The notes under the pieces are model-generated. The model ran no database searches, was not told where the DNA came from, and saw nothing but the letters and a program-made list of their open reading frames with translations. Of a DNA stretch of 49,616 bases, positions 40,951-48,460 are shown piece after piece. Position numbers and translations under genes: made by a program. This DNA is from a virus: the IMG/VR virus record IMGVR_UViG_3300045988_013611; one strand, given 5' to 3'. The stretch's first letter is position 1. Every line of letters starts with the position of its first letter.

Positions 40951-40979
40951 ATTGTAACATAGCCTTAACTGTTTTGCAA
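40951..40979 (-). promoter_or_regulatory. Consensus-like promoter TTGCAA-17-TACAAT for the 57/74-aa cassette
   Basis: In plus coordinates the -10 is at 40951-40956 and the -35 at 40974-40979. Confidence 0.55.
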
Positions 40980-41039
40980 CCGCCAGATGCGGTATAATTT
41001 TTGTGAAAGACCACTATTGTCAAGGGAGGCGTTCCGCCC

Positions 41040-41069
41040 ATGTCCCATCATTATAACTGGCCTGTGTAA
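41040..41069 (+). CDS. 9-codon mini-ORF (MSHHYNWPV) with a strong RBS, abutting a terminator
   Basis: AAGGGAGG lies 9 nt upstream of the ATG. The stop codon lies in the 5' arm of the hairpin. Confidence 0.25.
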   Translation: MSHHYNWPV

Positions 41070-41107
41070 GCCCTCCGCCGTCTCCGCAACAACGGCGGAG
41101 GGCTTTT
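41068..41107 (+). terminator. 13-bp perfect hairpin plus TTTT (terminator/attenuator candidate)
   Basis: AAGCCCTCCGCCG (41068-41080) pairs with CGGCGGAGGGCTT (41093-41105). Confidence 0.5.
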
Positions 41108-41254
41108 CCCGACGGGCACCCACCATGCCCGCCGTGCAAAAACAGGGTAGCAACAACAACTTGGGTAGGTCAATGCCGAAGGCGGGTATTCGACAAAACT
41201 AGACATGCCGACATTCGGGTATCTCCTACCCAACAATGGGGAGAGGAACAGAAA

Positions 41255-41806
41255 ATGAGCAAGTCTTTACAGGATATATGCAGAGAGGCCAGAGACCGAC
41301 AGGGTATGACCAATCAGGACGTTGCAGACAATTCCAACGTGCCGCTTTCCAGTGTGCAAAACTTTTTTGCATCTACATCTAAAACGCCAACTGTAAATAA
41401 TTCCGGCAACATATGCCGGGCCTGTGGTGTTTCGCTGGACAAGTATTTTAGCATCACGCCGGATGTTCTGCCGGAAGAGCAAATAGAACAAATGGAACGC
41501 GATCACAAAGCGGAGCTGGTAATGGCAAATCTGGAAGGACGGATAGAACAGCTTTCCAAGACCGAGAAGCGTATGCGAATATCGCTTTACAGTATCTCCG
41601 TCCTTGCTGTGGTTTTGCTAATGACGTTAATCGGCTATGTGGCGTTTGACTATCAGTTGCCCAACGTCGGCCTTATTCAGGGTAGACAGGCCAGCACTTT
41701 AGCGTGGATCGTTATTGTACTGCTGGCCGTCGGCGTTGGCGTGATCGTATCTGCGTTTTTGAGCGCCCTGCGATACGGTAAATTTATTGCACCGAAGGAA
41801 AAATAG
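41255..41806 (+). CDS. Membrane-anchored XRE-type HTH protein
   Basis: 183 aa. N-terminal HTH (GMTNQDVADNSNVPLSSVQNF) and two C-terminal TM helices. Confidence 0.65.
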   Translation: MSKSLQDICREARDRQGMTNQDVADNSNVPLSSVQNFFASTSKTPTVNNSGNICRACGVSLDKYFSITPDVLPEEQIEQMERDHKAELVMANLEGRIEQLSKTEKRMRISLYSISVLAVVLLMTLIGYVAFDYQLPNVGLIQGRQASTLAWIVIVLLAVGVGVIVSAFLSALRYGKFIAPKEK

Positions 41807-41808
41807 AC

Positions 41809-42900
41809 ATGGAGTGTAAGAGCTGCAAAAAAGAAATACCGAACGGCGCGGTGTTTTGCCTCTGGTGCGGCAAGAAACAGGCCACAGCGCCCCGCAAGGC
41901 GTTGAAGCGTCCCAACGGAGCCGGGACTGTTTATAAGCTCTCAGGCCGCCGTACAAGGCCGTGGGTGGCCGCGAAAAACAAGGTCATCATCGGATACTAC
42001 GAGAAGAAAACGGACGCTCTGGCGGCCTTGGAAAAGCTTTCCGGCAAGGACTTGGATGAGCGGTACAACATGACGTTTGCGGAAGTCTTTACAGAGTGGA
42101 AAGCGGAGCATTACCGCGAGATTGGTGAAAAGGGCATTGAGACTTACGAACACGCTTATGTGATCTTTCAACCGCTGCACGATAAAAAATTCCGCAGTCT
42201 GCGCACCGCCGACTTCCAAGCGGTGATCGACCAGCATATGAGCAAAAGCCACTCCACCGTCAACAAGTACAAGCAGCTCATTACCCAGATGTCCACATGG
42301 GCCGTGCGTGAGGAGATCTGCACCACCAACTTTGCCCGGTTTGTGAAGCTTCCGGAAAACGTCAAAAAAGAAAAGGACGTGTTCACTTCCGCCGAAATCA
42401 AAAAGCTGGAAAAGGACGGCAGCGACGCCGCCAAGATTGTCCTCATGCTCCTTGCCACCGGCATGCGCATCGGCGAGTTGTTCAGCCTGCCGCTCAAGGA
42501 CTACCACAAGGATTATGTGGTGGGCGGCGAGAAAACGGAAGCCGGCCGGAACCGTATTATTCCCATCAGGCCGGAGGGCAAAGCCTACTTTGAATACTTC
42601 GCCCAGAAGGCCGAGGGCGATCTGCTCCTGTCAGGCTACGAGGGGCAAAAAGTCCCCGCTAATTTCCGCAGGCGGGAATATTACCCCTTGCTGGAAAAGC
42701 TCAAGATAGCAAAAAAGACCCCCCATGCCACGCGGCACACTTACGCCACCCGCGCAGTTAAGGAAGGTCTTGCCCCTGAATATCTGCAAAAAATTCTTGG
42801 CCATGCCAATTATGCCACCACCGCCGACGTTTACACCCACATTGACGCCGAAACGCTGGTTGGTGCGGTTACTAGCACGTTACTAACAAAGCAAAAATAG
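41809..42900 (+). CDS. int: Tyrosine integrase with an N-terminal zinc ribbon
   Basis: 363 aa. HATRHTYATRAV and LGHANYATTADVYTH catalytic-region motifs. CKSC...CLWCG at the N-terminus. Confidence 0.9.
   Translation: MECKSCKKEIPNGAVFCLWCGKKQATAPRKALKRPNGAGTVYKLSGRRTRPWVAAKNKVIIGYYEKKTDALAALEKLSGKDLDERYNMTFAEVFTEWKAEHYREIGEKGIETYEHAYVIFQPLHDKKFRSLRTADFQAVIDQHMSKSHSTVNKYKQLITQMSTWAVREEICTTNFARFVKLPENVKKEKDVFTSAEIKKLEKDGSDAAKIVLMLLATGMRIGELFSLPLKDYHKDYVVGGEKTEAGRNRIIPIRPEGKAYFEYFAQKAEGDLLLSGYEGQKVPANFRRREYYPLLEKLKIAKKTPHATRHTYATRAVKEGLAPEYLQKILGHANYATTADVYTHIDAETLVGAVTSTLLTKQK
42869..42889 (+). repeat. Arm-type direct repeat, copy 1 (TACTAGCACGTTACTAACAA)
   Basis: 16/20 identity with 43107-43126. 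TTACTAACAA is identical at 42880-42889 and 43117-43126. Confidence 0.6.
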
Positions 42901-42913
42901 CAGGAAAAGAAAA

Positions 42914-42947
42914 ATCCCCGTAACCCGCATGGTTACGAGGATTTTCT
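42914..42947 (+). terminator. Terminator after int
   Basis: 11 bp plus one mismatch, ATCCCCGTAACC/GGTTACGAGGAT, followed by TTTTCTT. Confidence 0.6.
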
Positions 42948-42995
42948 TGGTGGAGACTGCTGGACTCGAACCAGTGACCTCCTGCGTGTGAAGCA
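42948..42995 (-). other. attP core: the 3' ~48 nt of a tRNA-Val(CAC) (from the anticodon stem to CCA)
   Basis: The reverse complement reads TGC-TTCACAC-GCAGG-AGGTC-ACTGG-TTCGAGT-CCAGC-AGTCTCC-A-CCA. No D arm or 5' acceptor strand lies upstream. Confidence 0.7.
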
Positions 42996-43105
42996 TAGTC
43001 CGCGCTTCAAAATCAACCACAAAGTGATATTTTCCGGCAATACTCAGAAATATTGCAAACATTTGCCTCGAAAATGTTTCCTTGTTCCTGCGTGTTTTCG
43101 CCGGG

Positions 43106-43126
43106 TAGCTAGCAAATTACTAACAA
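43106..43126 (+). repeat. Arm-type direct repeat, copy 2 (AGCTAGCAAATTACTAACAA)
   Basis: See copy 1. The two copies flank the tRNA-derived core. Confidence 0.6.
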
Positions 43127-43128
43127 TT

Positions 43129-43455
43129 TTACCGCCCCAGCTTTGCCATCACGCTGTTGTACACTCGGCTATTGGAAATGATCAGCGCATCCATTAGCTC
43201 ATCCATCACGCCCCACGCCTTTTCCGGCGACACTTTGGCAACCGTTTGTAAAAACGGGCTGTCTCCGTACTCGCCTACCATCTGCACTTCCGGAGCGGAC
43301 GCGGCGGAGTACATGACCGGCATTTCCGAAAGGCTTACCTTTTTGTGTTGATTTGCGATGGTGTATAACGCGGCTAACTTTTCATAGTTGCTCCAGCTGG
43401 ATTCTTCGGTTTCAAGCCTACTAATCCATAGCTGCACTTCCTTCTCGTCGATCAC
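43129..43455 (-). CDS. Hypothetical cargo protein (108 aa)
   Basis: Last gene before attP. No recognisable domain. Confidence 0.55.
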   Translation of the reverse strand: MIDEKEVQLWISRLETEESSWSNYEKLAALYTIANQHKKVSLSEMPVMYSAASAPEVQMVGEYGDSPFLQTVAKVSPEKAWGVMDELMDALIISNSRVYNSVMAKLGR

Positions 43456-43469
43456 GGGGGCGCACCCCC

Positions 43470-43844
43470 TTACATGTTCTCCATCTGCGTCATGCAGCGC
43501 CGAAGAACTTCACGCACGTTGTCATCGTCGGTGTCGCGAATCATGTCCTGTAGCTGGCGGCGCATATGCTCACGGGCGTCATCCCGGCTATAGCGGCCCA
43601 TAGAATCGCGGTGGCGGCCACGGTAAGAACTGCCCCGCCCGTAAGTGCCGCGAATGTTGGCGTCCCAATCGCCGCTGCGAGAATAGCCACCGTCGTACAT
43701 TTCGATCTTGTCGATGTTCTTGATGGAAGAAACGGCCTTGTGGATGATCTCCAGATCACCGGCGCCCAGCTCGCCCTTGCGGGCCAGCTCGTCTAGTTCC
43801 TCGCACAGCATATCCCGGATATCGTTTAATGCTTTCATGCTCAT
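43470..43844 (-). CDS. Hypothetical cargo protein with a helical N-terminus and an R/G/S/Y-rich centre
   Basis: Start moved to ATG 43844 with RBS AAAGGAG. Contains GGYSRSGDW...SYRGRHRDSMGRYSRDD. Confidence 0.55.
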   Translation of the reverse strand: MSMKALNDIRDMLCEELDELARKGELGAGDLEIIHKAVSSIKNIDKIEMYDGGYSRSGDWDANIRGTYGRGSSYRGRHRDSMGRYSRDDAREHMRRQLQDMIRDTDDDNVREVLRRCMTQMENM

Positions 43845-43857
43845 GTTATCGCTCCTT

Positions 43858-44280
43858 TCAAGAAATTCGGTCAACGGCCATGTTGGAGTTGGCAAAGCTG
43901 ACGGCCTGCGTGCTGGTGTTTTCCATTGCCACAGTCAGGCAGCAGTTGCGCGGTACCTCCACGATGGTGCTGACGTAGATATTGAAGTAGTTTTCCACCG
44001 CTGCAGGCGTAACAATAGCTGTCGCGCTGTTCAGCGGTTCACCGTTAATCGCCAGAGCTGCGCTGATCGCCTCCACCGTGCCGCCGGTGGGGATGGCGAT
44101 GTTGCCGCCAAAAGCGACGCGGAATCGGGCTTTACACTGGTTGGTTAAACCCCGCAATGTTACAATTCCAGCGCCAGGACGGTGAACGATGCAAGGCTTG
44201 CTATTGACCGCAGTTTCAGTTAGCGGAACATTCTGACTGGCGGCAACAGTCTGAATTGCCACAGAAGTAAATTCTGCCAT
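43858..44280 (-). CDS. Hypothetical beta-rich protein (pattern reminiscent of C1q/TNF-like BclA-C-terminal or ExsF-type domains)
   Basis: 140 aa. Alternating hydrophobic beta pattern; ends in AVDRIS. Pattern-level resemblance only. Confidence 0.5.
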   Translation of the reverse strand: MAEFTSVAIQTVAASQNVPLTETAVNSKPCIVHRPGAGIVTLRGLTNQCKARFRVAFGGNIAIPTGGTVEAISAALAINGEPLNSATAIVTPAAVENYFNIYVSTIVEVPRNCCLTVAMENTSTQAVSFANSNMAVDRIS

Positions 44281-44298
44281 TTATATCATTCCTTTCTC

Positions 44299-44332
44299 AA
44301 AAAATACAGCGGCGGAGCCAAAGCCCCGCCGC
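44299..44332 (-). terminator. Intrinsic terminator inside the cargo island
   Basis: Stem GCGGCGGAGC/GCCCCGCCGC (one mismatch), loop CAAA, then TGTATTTTTT in minus sense. Confidence 0.65.
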
Positions 44333-44399
44333 GTTGGTGTCAGTATCAGCACGGGGCTGAACAGTTCGGAAATTCCGAACAGCTGATGCTATGCAGTTT

Positions 44400-45125
44400 T
44401 CAGCAGCCGCAACCGGTTCCGCATCCGCCATAGCTGCTGCCCGACCAAGGATTACAAGTGATGTAAGCCGGGGTGGGGCAAGGGCGCAGCTGGGAGATCA
44501 GGTAGTTGTTCTGTGCAGCCTGAGAAGCGGCAAGGCGCAGCTCCTGATTGGCACTTTCCAGATCGCGCATCTTGCTCTGCGTCAGGAAGTCAAGGATGGC
44601 GCGGCTATTCTGGTTCTGGTTGTCGATGATGTCACGCGCAGCGGTGTTGACCGTGTTGCGGGTATCGCACGCCTGCGCCGCCATGTCGTACCGCACCTGG
44701 GCAATAGCCGCCCGGTTCTCGCAGCAGCACTCCTGGTTCTGCATCTGCATGGCGTTGAGCTGCTGCATCAGCGCCGCCTGCTGGTTGCTGCGGGAAAGCT
44801 CGGCCTGTGCAAAGCCGTTTGCCATTGCCATGTTGGTGCCGTTGACAAGCTGCGCCTGCTGGTAAAATCCGTCGCAAAGACCCTGATTTACGCTGTCGAT
44901 CTTGCGCTCGACATTAGCAAAATCAGAGGTCAGCACATAACCGTCGACCACGCCGCCGGAATTGCCGTTGTTGCCCCAGCTGTTGCCGCCCCAGCCAAAG
45001 ACGGCAAAAATGAGGAAGAGAATAATGAGCCATGCGCCGTCACCGCCCCAGCCGAAACCGCCGCCGTTGTTGGTAGGCGAAACCGGCATGGTCAGCATGG
45101 GAGCGCCGCCATCGGAAAGAGACAT
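44400..45125 (-). CDS. Membrane protein with a G/W-rich YjcZ-like N-terminus, a Q/N-rich coiled coil and a Cys-rich C-terminus
   Basis: 241 aa. GGGFGWGGDGAWLIILFLIFAVFGWGG; QECCCEN; ends GGCGTGCGC. Confidence 0.6.
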   Translation of the reverse strand: MSLSDGGAPMLTMPVSPTNNGGGFGWGGDGAWLIILFLIFAVFGWGGNSWGNNGNSGGVVDGYVLTSDFANVERKIDSVNQGLCDGFYQQAQLVNGTNMAMANGFAQAELSRSNQQAALMQQLNAMQMQNQECCCENRAAIAQVRYDMAAQACDTRNTVNTAARDIIDNQNQNSRAILDFLTQSKMRDLESANQELRLAASQAAQNNYLISQLRPCPTPAYITCNPWSGSSYGGCGTGCGC

Positions 45126-45208
45126 AGTATCACTCCTTTTAATTAAAGTCAGTTTTATCTAAATCGTGGCCACGATAAAGAATTAAAGAAAACGCTGTAA
45201 ACATTTAA

Positions 45209-45421
45209 TTACTGCATCAGGCTTTGGAACTGCTTTGCCATCTGCTGAAGCTGGTTAAGCTGCTGCTGATTCAGCTTACCGCTCTGCAAGAGCTTCTCGA
45301 CCTCTGCTTTTGGATCACCCTGAAAATTCGCCTTGAACTGCTGAAACTGCTGCATCATCTGGGCAAAGTTGCCCATAGGGCCATGCCCGCCGCCCAGCGC
45401 GGCCATGAACGGATTACTCAT
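45209..45421 (-). CDS. Small Q-rich protein (70 aa)
   Basis: 8-nt overlap with the upstream gene. RBS GAGGAAGAGG. Confidence 0.55.
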   Translation of the reverse strand: MSNPFMAALGGGHGPMGNFAQMMQQFQQFKANFQGDPKAEVEKLLQSGKLNQQQLNQLQQMAKQFQSLMQ

Positions 45422-45863
45422 CGTCCTCTTCCTCCTCCGCCTTGCGTTTCTTCTTACCCTTTATTTCGCCCACAAGTGCCGCCAGCGCGTCGAACTCTTT
45501 ACGGGTCACATATTCCGGGGTGGGAGTTTTCTGCGCGTCAGAGGCGCTTGCAAGGCGTTCTACAAGGTCATACGTCTTGAGCGTCGGCTTGCCGCTTGCA
45601 TCTGCCTGTTTAAGGTACACCACGGGAGCCGTGCTGTCCCACAGCGCAATGGCGGAGTTAGGCGCGATCAGCCAGTTTTCCGCCTCCGGCCTACCAGCCA
45701 CCCACTGCACGCCGCCCTGCGCTACCGGGTTCTGCATGAGCGGCATCTGCGGTATCTGCGGTATCTGCGGTGGCATAGTCTGCATCTGCTGCTGCCGAAG
45801 CTGGGCGAGGTTGTCCTGCATCGGCTGCGGGTAATAAGGGTTGAAATACGAGTTAAATGCCAT
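45414..45863 (-). CDS. Hypothetical protein with a P/Q-rich N-terminus and an acidic/basic tail
   Basis: 149 aa. Confidence 0.55.
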   Translation of the reverse strand: MAFNSYFNPYYPQPMQDNLAQLRQQQMQTMPPQIPQIPQMPLMQNPVAQGGVQWVAGRPEAENWLIAPNSAIALWDSTAPVVYLKQADASGKPTLKTYDLVERLASASDAQKTPTPEYVTRKEFDALAALVGEIKGKKKRKAEEEEDDE

Positions 45864-45865
45864 TG

Positions 45866-46249
45866 TTACGCCTCACTTTCTTTTTGCCAGTAATACAAAA
45901 CAATTTCGTTTTCGCTGTTCCAGCTGTCGTAAATCACGCCGTCCTGAACGCACACGACGTGCCCAGATAGCGCAAGGATAAACGTCCCGTCCGGGTGGTC
46001 GTCGGAGAACCTACCGACCGTGTAGCAATCCGGGCAAGTGTCCGGCACAATGTACCGCCGGTAGCCTATTCGCCGCAGATATGCACCCCACACTGCGTTG
46101 GCCGACGGCATATCCCCTTCCAGATAACCCTGCACCGCCATAGCAAGGTACGTTTCGCCCCACTCTTTCCCTGTGGCTTTTGAGATTGCCCTTACCGTGC
46201 AGTCCCCCACATTTTTGCCTCGTGGATTTTTGTTGAAATAGCTATACAT
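45866..46249 (-). CDS. Putative papain-like Cys/His hydrolase (tentative)
   Basis: Start moved to ATG 46249, which overlaps the stop of the upstream 49-aa ORF. GDCTVRAISKATG and SGHVVCVQDGVIYDSW motifs. Confidence 0.45.
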   Translation of the reverse strand: MYSYFNKNPRGKNVGDCTVRAISKATGKEWGETYLAMAVQGYLEGDMPSANAVWGAYLRRIGYRRYIVPDTCPDCYTVGRFSDDHPDGTFILALSGHVVCVQDGVIYDSWNSENEIVLYYWQKESEA

Positions 46250-46391
46250 ATTCCCGCCTGTCATCGAAAAACAGTTCGATGATGTGGACAAACATAGAGA
46301 GACCTGATTCGTCGTTTTCATACAGTCGGCAGATATCCGCTGCCATTTCCTCTGTGTATCCGCACTCGATCAATCGCTCTCTGTTGCTCAT
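46242..46391 (-). CDS. 49-aa acidic protein
   Basis: Not in the track. RBS AAGGAGGTG. Translation MSNRERLIECGYTEEMAADICRLYENDESGLSMFVHIIELFFDDRREYV. Confidence 0.5.
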   Translation of the reverse strand: MSNRERLIECGYTEEMAADICRLYENDESGLSMFVHIIELFFDDRREYV

Positions 46392-46420
46392 GTCTGCACC
46401 TCCTTGTTGATAAAATCATA

Positions 46421-46470
46421 AAACAAAAAAGACCCAACAAAGGGCCTGAAATGGGTCCCCGTTGGGTCTT
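46421..46470 (-). terminator. Intrinsic terminator after the regulator gene
   Basis: 10-bp stem AAGACCCAAC/GTTGGGTCTT followed by TTTTTGTTTT in minus sense. Confidence 0.65.
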
Positions 46471-46474
46471 TCTT

Positions 46475-46714
46475 TCACTTGTCCTTGACGGCGTCCGCGA
46501 TCTTGCGGTAGCCTCTGCGCCTGCACTTCTTCACGTATTCCTGCGACGCGAAAAGCTGGTCGGCCACCTGCTGGCGGGACTTCCCCCGCACGTCGCACTC
46601 GATGATACAGAACGCCTCGTCCCCCGGCAGCTCCAGCCCGGTGATGAAACTCACCGCCCGCTGGGGCGCCATAGAATGTAGCTTTGCCCGGATATCACGA
46701 TGTATCGGATTCAT
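46475..46714 (-). CDS. Small sigma-70 region-4-like transcriptional regulator
   Basis: 79 aa from ATG 46714 (the track starts at GTG 46726). SRQQVADQLFASQEYVKKCRRRGYRKI. Confidence 0.45.
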   Translation of the reverse strand: MNPIHRDIRAKLHSMAPQRAVSFITGLELPGDEAFCIIECDVRGKSRQQVADQLFASQEYVKKCRRRGYRKIADAVKDK

Positions 46715-46799
46715 GCTGATTCCCACGCCGTGAGCTTGCGGAGCTTTCGCGGAGACGGAGGGCGGCGGATCGTAGCCTCGCGCCTCGCTCAGATGTGAT

Positions 46800-47513
46800 T
46801 TACACCCTCACTTCGGTGATGAACGCTTCCGGCAGCACCTTGCGCACCTTTGCCAGATACGCTTCCGCGTTCTCTTTAACCTTGAACGCGCCCACCTGCA
46901 CCCGGTACAGCGTGCCCGAATCGGGCACCGGCTCCGGCTCAAGGTCGATCTGCTTGTCCGGCGCGATGTACGGGATGCCGAAGAACTCGCACACCGCCTG
47001 ACAGGTCTGCTCCGCGATGGCCTCCATGTTGTCGATGAGCCACTGAGCCTCCTCCGGATTGTCGTGGAAACCAAACTCCGGCAGCACGGCGGGCATGGTG
47101 GGTGCCCGCAGCTCGTACAGGCGCGTGTCCTCGATCAGCCGCTCGGAGGTGCCCGGCGACATGGGCGCGATACGATCCTGAATCAGCTTGCCTATTTTCC
47201 GGCTCTTCTCGCTGGGGTAGCAATGCACCCGCGTGCCCGCCACCTTGCCGTTGAAGCCGTTGGTGTGCAGCGCAATATGCAGGTCGGCGGGCCAGTTATT
47301 GGAGGCCCGCACCCGGTCATACATGCCGCCGTACTGGGCGTTGATCACCTCGCAGCCGCAGCGCTTGAGGGCGATCTCCAGATAGTCGGCGCAGCGGCCC
47401 ATCTGTTCCTTCTCGTTGGTGGTCTTGCCGTTCCACAGGGCCTCGCTGGCGTAGACGTTGCTGGCCCGGTCTTCCGGGCTGAGGAATACCTTAGGCATTG
47501 TCGCCGCCCTCAT
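46800..47513 (-). CDS. Endolysin: N-acetylmuramoyl-L-alanine amidase (Amidase_3-like) plus a C-terminal SPOR-like domain
   Basis: 237 aa. DLHIALHTNGF...AVLPEFGFHDNPEEA, and YRVQVGAFKVKENAEAYL at the C-terminus. An alternative start is ATG 47498. Confidence 0.8.
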   Translation of the reverse strand: MRAATMPKVFLSPEDRASNVYASEALWNGKTTNEKEQMGRCADYLEIALKRCGCEVINAQYGGMYDRVRASNNWPADLHIALHTNGFNGKVAGTRVHCYPSEKSRKIGKLIQDRIAPMSPGTSERLIEDTRLYELRAPTMPAVLPEFGFHDNPEEAQWLIDNMEAIAEQTCQAVCEFFGIPYIAPDKQIDLEPEPVPDSGTLYRVQVGAFKVKENAEAYLAKVRKVLPEAFITEVRV

Positions 47514-47718
47514 TGGCCTTGTCCTTGTTGTACTGGGCCGTGGAAATGCCCAACACAGCGCCTACGAAGGCCGTCACGGCGTTCAGCGTCAGCACCACAT
47601 CATCGGGCCGGGGCCAGCCCCAGACGGGCGCCAGCGCGGCATACAGCGTGGCGATGGCGGGCAGCACGATCATCACCACCCACTTGAGGGTATCATAGAT
47701 TTTGTCATTCAGCTTCAT
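47491..47718 (-). CDS. Holin (phi LC3 / Phage_holin_1-like)
   Basis: 75 aa. KIYDTLKWVVMIVLPAIATLYAALAPVWG pattern and two TM helices. Confidence 0.75.
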   Translation of the reverse strand: MKLNDKIYDTLKWVVMIVLPAIATLYAALAPVWGWPRPDDVVLTLNAVTAFVGAVLGISTAQYNKDKANEGGDNA

Positions 47719-47751
47719 GTTCTTGTCCTTTCCGGGCTTTCGCCCTGTCCG

Positions 47752-48054
47752 TTATTTTCGGATCGGCAGCCTGCGCACTTCTTCCATCACGCGCTTGGCG
47801 CTGCCGTTTCCACCCATTTTTTCATACGGCGCGTACAGATAGTCGTTGAGGTTTTCGTATTCGTCCTGCGTGATCTCGCCCCGCTGGACGTAGGTCATGC
47901 CCAGATGGATGATCCGGTCATGGGCCAGCCCCACCAGCATTTTCCGCTCCGCGTCGTTTTTGTCGCTGCGTTTGGCTACCAGCGCCCACAGGCCGCCACT
48001 GGTCAGCGCGGCCACCACGATAGCGCTGATGGCCGGGATAATATACTGCCACAT
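47752..48054 (-). CDS. Single-TM protein upstream of the holin gene
   Basis: Start moved to ATG 48054. N-terminus MWQYIIPAISAIVVAALTSGGLWALV. Confidence 0.5.
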   Translation of the reverse strand: MWQYIIPAISAIVVAALTSGGLWALVAKRSDKNDAERKMLVGLAHDRIIHLGMTYVQRGEITQDEYENLNDYLYAPYEKMGGNGSAKRVMEEVRRLPIRK

Positions 48055-48055
48055 A

Positions 48056-48460
48056 TCAGACCTCTTCCCATCCATATACACCCGGCTCCCACACGTTGTT
48101 GTCAATGGTAGACTGCCATGTTTTGCCGCCGTGTGTCACCTTGTCGCCCTTCATGTAGGGATTGGTGCTCTCAGGCTGTTGCCACTCGGGGATCACAGTA
48201 GGATCAGGGATTAGTATCTTTGCCCACAGGCTGACAGCGTCCTTTGGCGTCCAGGTTTTCTGCGAGGTGTGTCCTTGCAAGCACTTGTACAACACGCCGC
48301 CGTACAAGCATCTGTCACCTACCGCATAGGCCACGCTATCACTGCTCCACGTGCGATAGATCATCGGCGCTTTTACCGCTTGCTCATCTGTCAGGGCGGC
48401 CGCTGCCGCATCCATACTGGCACGAATTGCTTTTGCTTGTTCAAGAATGTCAGTTCTCAT
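48056..48460 (-). CDS. Protein with two CBM5/12-like carbohydrate-binding repeats
   Basis: YAVGDRCLYGGVLYKCLQGHTSQKTWTP..SLW and YMKGDKVTHGGKTWQSTIDNNVWEP. Confidence 0.55.
   Translation of the reverse strand: MRTDILEQAKAIRASMDAAAAALTDEQAVKAPMIYRTWSSDSVAYAVGDRCLYGGVLYKCLQGHTSQKTWTPKDAVSLWAKILIPDPTVIPEWQQPESTNPYMKGDKVTHGGKTWQSTIDNNVWEPGVYGWEEV

Noticed and set aside
40974-40998. A plus-strand promoter formed by TTGCAA and TATAAT
   Set aside because: The spacer is only 13 nt and there is no TG extension. The palindromic TTGCAA fits far better as the -35 of the minus-strand promoter, which has a 17-nt spacer to TACAAT.
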